DNA from: Octopus sinensis
Lineage: Eukaryota
DNA length: 64,000 nucleotides
Assembly (NCBI RefSeq): GCF_006345805.1
Contig: NC_043014.1
Location: forward strand, 53,382,001-53,446,000
Reading direction: 5' to 3'
Part shown: positions 49,020 to 60,900 of the stretch, one piece after another
Numbering within the stretch: the first letter of the stretch is position 1
Layout: each line of letters opens with the position of its first letter
Translations under genes and position numbers: made by a program
The notes under the pieces: model-generated
What the model was told of the DNA's origin: nothing
Databases searched by the model: none
What the model saw: only the letters and a program-made list of their open reading frames with translations

Positions 49020-50640
49020 TTATTTTTTGGCCCCCAAAAATTGTTTCCCTCTTTCTTCTTCATTGGCCGGCTATACCAGCACGGCCCCCTACCTACTCAA
49101 CTTTCCTACCACGATTTTCCATCTTTTCTCACACACGCTATGAGGCAGGTACTTCCTCTCCAGACGGATCTTCCTCACGAGGTGGAAGTTAAACCGATTT
49201 TCCAATCCCTGTCTCAATCCCTTTTTCCGCGTGTCCTCCACACTGTCTCTTTCAGTATGGCTACTACGCAGAAGAAAGCTGCCTTCCTTTCCTTATTAAG
49301 AGAGGGAGGCGGTACAATCTTAACTATGGGCTCAGTCGAGAGCCGTACTCTTTCTCCATCCGACATCAGTTGTTCGACATAGGCTACCGACCCCTTCAAC
49401 TCCCCTCAGTGTACGAAGGTGTGCGCAAGTTTCACAGACGCGCCTGCACCTCAGACATGTGGGGGTGGGTTATAACCGTGTCTGGACAACCTCTCTCGAA
49501 CTGGTAAGGCCGAACGATAGCACAGCCAAGCCAAGTATTTCTAGAAATTATCCAGATACCTCGGCCCGAATGTCCTCTCGAACAGGCTGGTTAGTTGTTC
49601 GTCACCCAGGCCAAGCGTCTCCCCCCAGGACGTTGTCAGACTTAAACTCTACCAACCCTCTATAAAAATCCGCAGTGGTAACCTCACTGCCGGCACTGCT
49701 CGCCCTGGAGAACAGACTAAGCGCTTGTCTGCACTTCCTCTGCCATTCCCCCATCTTAGGTCTCCGCCTGATCCATGTGCCTAAGTCCCTGAGGGACTCC
49801 AATTATGGAAAAAGCTGTTTGGTATACGGTGACCACACCTGCTCACCATCCAGGTAGCGCCGGAGGTGCCTCAGCCTCAACGCATACTTGCGCATTAACA
49901 GCCAAGGCATCCTCAGTCCACCCTGTAACGGTTTCTGACAGCAAATGAAGCGCCTCACAAGTGGTTTCCCCTTCCACAAAAAGCGGAAAAAGATCCGTTC
50001 CAGCTTGGTCAGTCACAAACTGGGGGAAGGCACAACGGTTAGACGGTAGGTTATCACCGATTCTATAAACACCTGTGCAACCTCGGCCTTCCCTAGCAAG
50101 GATAACGACCTCCCAGATTACACATGCACACTTGATGTGGGGACGACTGACTGACCCGTCACAGCTTCTAACCATTTTCCAAAAATTTTCCCTAATGACA
50201 TCAGGGTCAACGTTCTGCCCACCCCGACATAATGCCTGGGATGGTTCCTCTTCACCTCCGAGCGGTATGCAGTGGTTACCTCCCTCAGCGACCCCAATAG
50301 GTTTTCCTCACCCTGGCAAGGACATCTTCCTTATTCTTCTCTGAAGTCACAAAGACTTCTCACAGCTGCAGGTCAAATCCTTTGATCAACCCTCCTGAGA
50401 CCCCTAGGCATCATTTTACAATCATCTCCACAGCACCCTTTTGTTTAGATTCTCTTTTCTCGACCAATTACTGGTCCAACAACCATCAAAGCCCAAAAGT
50501 GAACCAGTCCAGCTTCGGACATCATTTTATATCGTTGCTATTTTGTTGTGGGATTCCGGTTCAGCTGCACATTTTCTGGCAAATTCAGTCTTCAAAATAA
50601 TGACCCACTCCGTAGGGTCCCTTTCTCTGGCTGACAGTCT
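49020..50640 (-). mobile_element. L1/Tx1-clade LINE ORF2 C-terminal remnant
   Basis: The minus strand reads LSLLGKAEVAQVFIESVITYRLTVVP, FRFLWKGKPLVRR and QGGLRMP, later a CLRC..ET..H zinc-knuckle-like segment. Contains frameshifts and stops. Confidence 0.8.
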
Positions 50641-51460
50641 TCGTTGATGTCCTTCAAAGGGTAGCCGATGGATAGTGGAAAGGAGGCAGAGAACTTGCCA
50701 TATTTCATAAAATTCAGGGGCTTAAAGGTTTTCACATTTGGTCAACAACACGGCAAAAAAAAGGGAGGGGGATTCTGTTTAGTTTATCGTTAAAGTGTGG
50801 GGGTGGGGTGGAAGGCGGATAATGTAAAACAAATTACTAATATGAGGCGGGGTTGGGGGCGCATTCGTTGGTTGAAGACCTCCAGCCCGACTCTGGTATT
50901 TATTTGGTTTAATGATTAATCCAGCGCTGTTAATAATTAACTAACTTTACTAATTTACTCTCTCTCTCTCACACACACAAACACACATCTGAGGTTTGCA
51001 GAAAGCATAAAATTAATTAGAACTAATTATATGCCGAAGAGGCGGGGGGGGGGGAATCAATATTAATAAATGATATTTTAATTACTATTTCGACAAATGC
51101 GGACAATAGATGTGGATATGTTTCAGGCAAGTCAAGTCGAAGGGGAGGGGGGTGATAATAAAATATATTTTACATCGTCGACAGATGTATCTAGGATTTA
51201 TTTGAACGAGGGTCTCCCATTTCCATGACACCGGTTGCACTGCATATACAGTAAGATAAAACTTGTTTTCCCCCCTACACCGGTCGACCCTGTGTGTCTC
51301 TATCTATATATGTATATATACACACACACCCCCGCTTGTGATCGACCCACATGCAGCGGATAACGACCCGGGCCTGCATTCAGAGACCGTTTTTACTTTC
51401 TAATAATATTTTCAAGATTTCGTTTTATTTAAACGGTTTCAGAAGTCGTACAAAGGAAAG

Positions 51461-51544
51461 ATGAGTACAGCCGTAGTTTTAGGGGGAGGCATAAGTGGAT
51501 TGTCTGCTGCCTATTATTTACGAAACATACCGAAATTTTCCAAA
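51461..51544 (+). CDS. PPOX: PPOX coding exon 1 (MSTAVVLGGGISGLSAAYYLRNIPKFSK)
   Basis: ATG, GxGxxG dinucleotide-binding motif, GTAAGT donor. Confidence 0.96.
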
Positions 51545-54500
51545 GTAAGTGTTGCTTGTTTTTTAATCTCCTCAAAACCAATCGATCGATCGCCAATAGT
51601 TCAATAATAATATCAATCTCTCCACGTGATGGCCATCTTTCTATAGCAATATATATTATTGTTTAACCACAGGTCAACTATGATCCAGCTGACCTGTGAA
51701 CGGTGACGTTCCAGCCGTGTCATTCTCGTTTATTTATTTTAGTATCTTTTTTTTTCCTTATCAGTTCTTATCTGTCCTTCCTCTCTTGAAGATAGAAGTA
51801 TTATGACCCGGGAGGAACTGACTGCTATTTCATTAGTATCGAACAAAATGCCTTATTTTTTTAGATCCCTAAAATGAAGGACCGGGTGGTGGACATTGTT
51901 TAGCCCCGACCTGCGCCGCCGCTCGGTGCGTCGACCCATGATCAAAGACATTCTCCTCGGTTATGTAATCCACCTCGTTTATTTTTCTCATCTCATTTTG
52001 TGATTTGAGGGACGTTTGGATGTTGTTTCCAGTCGATCGAAAAACCCTTTTCGGGGTTCTCTTGTTGATTTGGTGAGAAGTAGGAAAGGAATATAGATTA
52101 ATTGATAAATTTACCCCTCATTTGAAAAAAAAAAATCTCAGCAACGATCTTCTCAGTTTCTCCAGTTTTCTAAATCATAAACAGAAACAATCGGGGGGGG
52201 GGGGGGAATCATAGATTTTCAAATTTTTTTTATTATGGCATAAATGTGTTTACGGGAGGAAAATATTGAAAAACATCAAAACCTTCGAGAATGAAAAAGA
52301 AACGTGGAGGGTGAGCTTGGGATGTGCTAGAAACAACAGTCAAATCTCCCTTATTTCCTCTGAAAATATTTATAATTGTTTTTCTTTTTTTTTCGTGCCG
52401 AAAAGGCTCCCCACAAATTTTTTGAGTGCAAAAAAAAATTGGCTTAAATCGGTCTGGAGGGGGAGGAGGGGGATAAAAAAATTTTAAACTTTTTTCATAC
52501 AAGCGATGCCTCCCCTCCCACGCCACCATTTCGAAGGCTGTAGGGAAAAATTAATGGGAAAAATTCCCCGTCAGAACAGAAATTTCAACTAATGTGTTCT
52601 TCCTGACCCGAAAATCCGTTTTTCCGAAAGTCTTCTCCCCACCTCCTTGGAAAAACTTTTCCTCACAAATTTCTTTATAATCGTTATCTTCGCCGTTTGA
52701 GGGGTATTTGTATAAACATCCTGAAAGGATGGAAGGCAAAGGTGACCTCAGCAGAACATTATAATAATAATAATAATAATAATAATAATCTCAATAAATA
52801 TAGTGATTTCTTTTAACAAAGCAATATTTGACTGTTCTAGTTTTTGATAGATGCATGGTGGGAGCGCTGTAAATTGAATCAACCCCAACAAATTACTGGT
52901 ACTTGTTATACTGATTTTGGAGAAATGGAAACCAAATTTGAACAGAAAAAAACAAAAATATGGAAGAAGAGAGAAAAGTCAAAATCGTTTGTAGCAATGT
53001 CTGTGATGTGTCTATGTAAAACTCTTGAAAGCTCTGCTCCAGCCTGACCGTAGCCTATTGTGTGTGTTTACAATTATCTGTTTCTAAAGATCTTAACTCT
53101 GTTTACTTGCAGGTGCTGCTGTTGGAAGGGAGCAAGCAGTTAGGGGGCTGGCTGAACACAACTCAACATTCGGATGGGGCTACATGGGACCACGGTCCTC
53201 AGAGCATTCGGGCAACAGGCAAAACGGCTTACAACACCCTGACACTCGTGAGTAGCTTCCAGGTCAACCAGTTGGTCCATTGTGCTGTGTCATCATCATT
53301 TGATTTATACTTGATAAACTGACATGTTGATAACTGGAGTGGTGGTGGTGGTGGTGGTGGTATAATCAGTTCGGAGGTGAATGGGTGCAAAGCTTATTAT
53401 AGACAGAGAATCTGAGGAACTGGAACAATCTACCTATTTACCCTATCATCATCATCATCATCATCAAATATGTCTGTTGAGATCCACTGCTTTTGTTGAT
53501 TAATTTTGAAAATAATGAAGAATTTAGTCGGATAATCTTGTCATTATTAAGTTAATAATCTGGTGTTTGGAAGATGAATTTACATGAAATTTAATGGAAG
53601 CTTCTTAATCGACATTTTTTTGAAAAAAAAAACTTGTTTTGTATGCTATCATCATCATCATCACCATCATTTAATGTCTGTTTTCCCTGCTGGCATGGGT
53701 TGGACAGTTTGACCAGAACTGGCAAGCCGGAGAGTTGTTCTGGGTTCCAGCCTGATTTCACTTGGTTTCTACAGCTGGATGCCTTTCCTAATGCCAACCA
53801 CTTTACAAATTATCAGAACAGAATCAGTAGAGCGTCAGATAGAATCCCTCCTCATCATTGTAATGGTTCCCTGTGATCTGTGATCAAATTCTGCCCTAGG
53901 TCAGCTTTGCCTTTCAACCTCTCAAGGTTGATTTATTAAGAGCCAATCTACCCCTGGGGGTTGTTTATTCTCCACCATCTTTTCTTTGACTGTGGTCATA
54001 TTTAAAAAGAGATGAGTTCTGTCACATTTCAACCACCCCATGACCTGCTGTATATACCCTTATGACACTATCAGGGCTTCAAAGAAGGAAAGGTAAATAT
54101 TTTCAGTCCTGCATCTAGTGCCCGTTCCCCCCCCCCCACTTGGATGAAATCGCATCGTGAGGTAGGTGGACGGGTGGTGTGAAATGACTTTGTTAAAACT
54201 GCTCCTGCTTTTGCGTATTTATTTGTTAATAAATGTCAATTTTACAGATGCACGACCTTGGTTTGGAGAACGAAATCCTTCCAGTGAATGCTTCCCATCC
54301 AGGGGCTGCTAATCGATTCATTTACTACAACAACCAAATAAATGCACTTCCAAACAGTAAGTTACTATCGTTATGTTTAACACTTAGTACATTAGTGATT
54401 CCCTCGAGGGGTCGATGGGGGGGGGGGGCCTGTTCTGGATGTTCCAGACCATCACCAATGAATTATGAGAAGATTGGCGAGTAATTATCAAATCTATAAT

Positions 54501-54858
54501 TCTGGGGGATCCAAGGTACTTTTGAATGGGCTGAGGCTGGTTGTGTGAAACTGGTGTAGGATACAGCCGTGAACTCACTTTATTTGCCGGGTCTTCGCAG
54601 TCACAGCATATCTCCAGAGGTCTTGGTCTTTTGCCATTGCCTCTGTGAGGCCCAACATTCGAAGGTCATGCTTCACCAACACATCCCATGTCTTCCTGGG
54701 TCTACCTCTACTCCAGATTTCTTCAACAGTTTGGGAGTGGCACTTCTTCACACATTTCTCCTCATCCACCCGTAGTAAATGACCATACCAGTGCAAACGT
54801 CTCTCTCTTGCACGCCACATCCTATGTTTCTTATGTCCAACATCTCTCTCAGGGCGAT

Positions 54859-54916
<58 letters not shown>

Positions 54917-57900
54917 TATATGTTTGTGTGTCTTTGTTTTTCTTCCCAACATTGCTTGACAACTGATGCTGGTGTGTTTACGTCCCCATAACTTAGTGGT
55001 TTGGCTAAAGAGACCGATAGAATAAGTATTAGGCTTACAAAGAATAAGTCCTGGGGCCGATTTGCTCGACCATAGGCGGTGCTCCAGCATGGCCGCAGTC
55101 AAATGACTGAAACAAGTAAAAGAGTAAAGGGTAACTTTTAAGTAAATCTTTCTTTAAATAGTGTGACTGTATCAAGTCCGTTTTGCAAGAACTTAAAGAT
55201 ATAAATATCAGATATATGTATATCTGTATATACAATATTATCTGCTTGTAGGTTTGTTGGGAATTCTTAAGAAGCCTCCTTTCCTGTCTCATTCCTTACT
55301 TTGGAGCATTCTGAAGGATCTGACCACCAAACGTGCATCAGCGGAGGCAGAAGAGACAATATATGACTTTATCAACCGGCGCTTCGGCAGTGAGGTTTGT
55401 TACCTTTATATGTCTATGGATGTGGGGAGGGGCAGAGAAGTATTTGGTACTTTTACGATTTGTTTATACATTTTTTTAAAGTTAAAACTTTATGCTGGTG
55501 ATAATGGATTCAGTCTACTGCTTGAGAATGGCAATCATCTTTATGGCAGGCTTCATACAGTTTCCATCTATCAAATTTCATTTTCAAGACTTTGATCCTC
55601 AGGAAGCTATGACAAAAGACACTTGCTCAAAGTACCACGCAGTAAGATTGAACCTCGGACCCTGTTGTTTGCCAGATGAAATTCTTACAACTGACAACTT
55701 AATGATGCTCTCTTCTCATCTGATCCATTCATTATTCTGTTCCAAATTAGAGTTTTCCAAATATTTTTGTATTTCTTAAATGTCTTTGGTGACTCCTACC
55801 AAGCCCATCCATAGCTAAAATCTTTTTATCAGTCTTCTATCAATAAATTACACTTTGATCTTTGGTCAGGTTGCTGATGTATTGATAAATTCAATGTGTC
55901 GTGGTATATTTGCTGGAGACATTCGTCACTTAAGTCTGCAGGCATGCTTTCCTTATCTTCACAACTTGGAGAAACAATACAGATCTCTGGTACTTGGCAC
56001 TTTTAGAGGTAAAAACCATTTTGCTGATCTTTTTTTTTCTCTTCCTTTGACATAATTTTGTCTTTATTGTGACTATTTTCTGTTCCGTTGATGTAAGGGA
56101 GGGCAAGCTCCCATTGTTGGTCTTCCTGAGATACAATGTAATGTTTTTGATCTAACAAGTTTGAGATTCTGTGAAGTGTTGACTAATGAGGTCGCCTTGC
56201 GGAATAGAAATTGTACCATACAGTTCTATATTGAAGAGGTGAGGAATTATGTACTTTATTTACATTTGACTGATATGTCTTGGGGAAATTTCCCCAAGAC
56301 ACCTGTTGAAGGCTGGAGGGTCTGTCAGCCGACAAGATGAGGACAAATATCTGTCCACAATATTTGAATTATTCAAAATGTCACAAACCTGTTTTTGTGA
56401 TTTAATGTTCCTGATGCTGATCCTCACTTCTTTCCTTCAATTCCAGATTTTACTCGATGTAACAACACAGGATCCATCTTTTGCAATCTTAGAAATGGTT
56501 TTTCTTTTTCTCATCTTTTTCTTTGTTGTGTGTTCAAGAAGAGGCAATGCCTGCAATCTTTGCTGCCGTCTCAGCCTGGTGAGATGAATAACATTAATGT
56601 TCCATTGCAAGAAGGACAGGAGCAAGAAAAAAAAAGATTCCAGAGGGATAATGTTCTGGAGAGGAAAGACTAGAAACAGTGATTCAAGGGGAGGGTACAC
56701 AACAGAAGTAATGAAGGGGTTGAGAGATGATTGAAAGAGGAATAAGACCAGCCAGCTCCAAGGAATAGGGCCCATTATGTTAGTAGTAGAAGAAGGAGTA
56801 TGCTTGTGGGCCAGAGATTGGCCCACATGCCAGAATGGTTTAATGCTGATGAAATGAATGACCTTTCTCTGGATGCAGACTGTGTCTCAAGATGTCAGTG
56901 TAGGGTAGCAACACCATCCCAGATGTGAGAACTCCTTTGGGTGAGTCATAGAAAGCATCAACTGTTGGTGGGGCTGAAATATTTTCTGGCTCAGAAAAAA
57001 AAAGGTCCAATGCTTGGGATGTGGTCCTAGCTATGTTAAAGATGTGATTTTATCAGAAGAGATCCTCCAACAGTTGGAGGGACCAAGAGGGTTCTAGATA
57101 AGTGTTTTCTTGATGTTAGTGGTGCTTCAGTTGTTTTGTTTTTTTCTTTTTCATTTAAAAGTGACAGGGTCAGTATGGCCCCCACTGTAAAATATTCCTG
57201 AGGTCTCTGTCTATGGAACCAATGCAAGCTTAGTGTGTGGTTTCCAGGTTGAGAGTTGATGGTTGGGAGATGGATTAGGGGGAACGAAGAGTTGTTTGCA
57301 GTTGGATCAAGTAAGTCACTGATGTACAGAAGGAAGAAATTAGGGGACAGAATCAAAGCCTGGGGTGGGAGAGAAAGAGCCTCTGTCAACCAATGCCACA
57401 CTGGTGTGATTTAACAGGAAGCTCCCAATCAAAGAAGTGAGTGGCACCATTAAAGTCTCTACACAGATCAGTCGAGTGATTTGAAAAAGAGGAGTTGATC
57501 TTATAGAGTTTTGAGACCCTCTGAAGCTGGTCAGTCTGATGTGGGTGAAATGAATCATGGTGGGGGAGACATGGGCAGAGTTAGGGCCACTACGCATTGC
57601 AGTCATGGGGAGTAAGGATTGGGAAGGGTGTTTCAAACAGGGCCTGTTAGGGATGAGACCTTAGTGGATGACAAGAAGAAGAAAGGTAAACGCCTTAAAG
57701 GAGCTTTGTTGTTGTTAGTTTAAACCTAGGTCAGACCTGATTGAGCAGACCTTAATTTGCATTCATCTCACCTGTCTTGGAGGGTCTGTGATGGCCATGG
57801 ATACAGTTGCTACCTCTGCACCAAACCATGAAAATTAAAGAAAAAATATGAACAAAAGTCTTTTTGTATATCTGTAACCACATTGTTGAATGTATCATGT

Positions 57901-60900
57901 CCTTATTTTAAGATGAAAATGTGTGGTTTGAGGGAGATTTAGCTGCTGTTTCTAGCTGGGTGAATGACCATATACAAACTCTCATCATTGGTTCGCCTTT
58001 TCTATTGCTGTTGTTGGAATAATCCTTCAAAAAAGATTGCATTATAATTGTTTGTTCTTTGTTTTTTTTAATTAGATAAGGAAGAAGTTGACGATAGCTG
58101 CCCTTTAATTAAGAAGGCTCGGGCTGAAAATTGGCGGTTGTACTCCCTGAAGAATGGTTTGCAGCAGCTTGTGGAAACTATGGAAAAAGTTGTGTCCAAT
58201 GACCCAAAATGTGAGGTGAAGATAAATAACCCTGCTACCAAAATAATTCTAGCATCAGGTAAAGCAAAGGTGAGTTACATCCAGATGAACAGATTTCACC
58301 TGGATTTTGTAGAATTGATTAAAAGATATTACTAGAGGGAAGATAAAAAATAGTAGAATTGGTAGAGTGTCAATTTACACATTCTGAGTTGAAATGCATT
58401 GAGGTCACCCCTTCAGAGTCAATGATTTAAAGTACCAGGCAAATACTGGGGTTGATATAACTGACTAAGCCCCTACTTCTAACATGTGAAACCATTATTA
58501 TTATTATTAAGGTGGCAGTACTGTTAGCACACAGGGCAAAATGCTTAATGGTATTTCATTTGTCTGTTTCTGAGTTCAAATGTTGCCAGGATCAACTTTT
58601 TTTCTGGCACTCCAAGTTCTGGGGTCAACTTTGCCTTTTGTTCTTTTGAGGTTGATCAAATAAAACACCATTCACTTCATAGGTTTACCCCCCACCCCCC
58701 CGCAAAAACTTTCCAGGCCTTTTGCCTGTCGTAGAAAGGATTATTATTTTTTTGGTAGTTTGCTGTGGGTTTCTGCTGCACTCCATCTTCCTGATGCGTT
58801 GAGCAACATTCTCTGCTGGAAAATGTACGTCCGTGTTTATGTTATTACATCTGACTGTTTGACCCCAGGTCCAACAGACTTAGGATTAAAAGTGGTCTTT
58901 AGTCATACACGAAACAATACTTGACTAACAAGAAGTTGTCATAACGAGCGTTCGTTTATTTTCTGCCTTTAATTGACTACTGTGACCCTGCACCCCCCCC
59001 CCACCACCACCACCATGTGGTAATGTTAAAACTGAATAATTATTCCTTAATTAATCATTTCGTTTACACCAGGTACACACCAAGGAGGAGTCATTTGAAG
59101 CTGATCATGTCTTCTCGGCCCTTTTTGCTGGAGGTATGGATTTCTACAAGTTACTTCTCTCTTTCTCCTCTATCAACATTCCCTTCTGATTTCATGAGTG
59201 GTGGTCACAAAAATGATTAGCCACTGATTGCATTGGCCAATTCACTCCTATTTGTCTGGGTCAGCAACTTCATTCAGTATAACATTGAGGTTTATGACAA
59301 GCAAGCAAAACCTTTGGCGATCTGCCGTGCTTTACGAGACCTGTGAAGCCAAGTGAAATTGTGTTTCATAACTGGCACCAGTGTTAGTGGTACGTAAAGA
59401 GCACCCACTACACTCTGTAAAGTGGTTGGCATATTAGGAAGGGCATCCAACTGTAGAAACCATGTCAGGTCAGATTGGAACCTGGTGCAGCTCCCCAGTT
59501 TTCAGTTGAACAGTCCAACCCATGCCAGCATGGAAAGTGGACATTAAATGACGATGAAGCATGGTTTCAGGTTCAGTCCTACTGTGTGACACCTTGGGCA
59601 AGTGCCTCCTACTAGAGTCCCAGTCAGATGAATACCAAGGGAGGAAATCTGGTAGATGGAAACTGGAAGAAGCCTGCCATGCGTGGTCGACAATCTGCAA
59701 TAATGTGACCGATTGTGACTGGGCCACAACTGGGGACCTTTCTTGACACTTCCCGCCAACAAATCCCCCACCAGCTCTGCTTTCTAATTCCTCTGGATTT
59801 GAAATTCCCTTACTTGAAAAACGGGTTAGGGTTGGTGACAGGAAGAACATCCAGCCATAAAAATTCTACCTCAAGTACCTCCTGGTCTAACTCTTACTGG
59901 CATGGAGAAACAGAACTTCAAACAAACATCCAATCAGATCTGGATTGTCTTGGGAAATGGGTCTCTTGCAAAGCTTCTCCATCATAAGGTTCTGTAATTT
60001 TATTTTGGAGATACAAAAGATTGGCCAGTGGTGTATTCCTATTAAATTCATACAGGATCCACAATCAGTAAAGTCAGTAGAGCATCATATAGAGTGTCTT
60101 GTGGTATTTGTTCCACTTCTCTGTGCTTTGAGTTCAAATCCTGCTAAGGCAACTTTGCGTCTTGTCCTTCTGGGGTTCATAAATAAAATAGTGGTCAAAT
60201 ACTGTGAATGATTTTCTCTCTCTCTCTCTCTCCCTGCCAACTGGTGGCATTGTGTTGCATGAAAGGGTCTTAGGAGGCCACTCACAGAAATCACCCCTTT
60301 CACCAGAAATGGAGGAAGTGTTAAATGAAGGGTTAGTCACCACTCATCATAGAAACACTGACATGGTCCTGGAACCATTCAAAGACAAACTAATGTACAA
60401 TAAAAAAAAAAGCAAAGACTGATCAAATAGGTGTTAGCTTTCTTCAATAGTAATTCTGCCATCTGTATAGCATTAATTAATTTTTTATGATTTAATTAGA
60501 AGGCCAATAGCTCTGATGTTTTTGCAGGGCCTCTGAGGTTAGTTGGGAGGAACTTATGGGTTACCCACAGACTAGGACCTCAGAAATTGGTGAGAAGAGA
60601 GCAAGAAGATATCCTCAAACCATAGAACTAAAGGAATGATTGCAACAAAAGTTGACTCAACTAAAGAGACCCAAAGTGCCTGGTGATTGTCTTAGATGAG
60701 GCAAACGATTATATTTACCCACCCAAGGACTGTTACAGATCGTCCAATGAACTTTTGCCCATTTTCTGTCTACTTAGTTTGCCTCATCAAATTTACTTTT
60801 CAGATTTAAAAGGTTTGCTCAGTGAAGACCAGAAACTCCTTCACCGAAACCTGGACCTCATTCCAGCTGCTGATGTTGTTCTTGTCAATCTGGAGTTTGA

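Noticed and set aside
49843-50175. 110-aa minus-strand ORF from the track
   Set aside because: An off-frame reading of the Tx1-like remnant; the homologous frame is a different, disrupted one.
59945-60422. Overlapping 70-90 aa ORFs in PPOX intron 7
   Set aside because: Composed of SINE and RTE-UTR fragments and (CT)n, with no recognisable protein.
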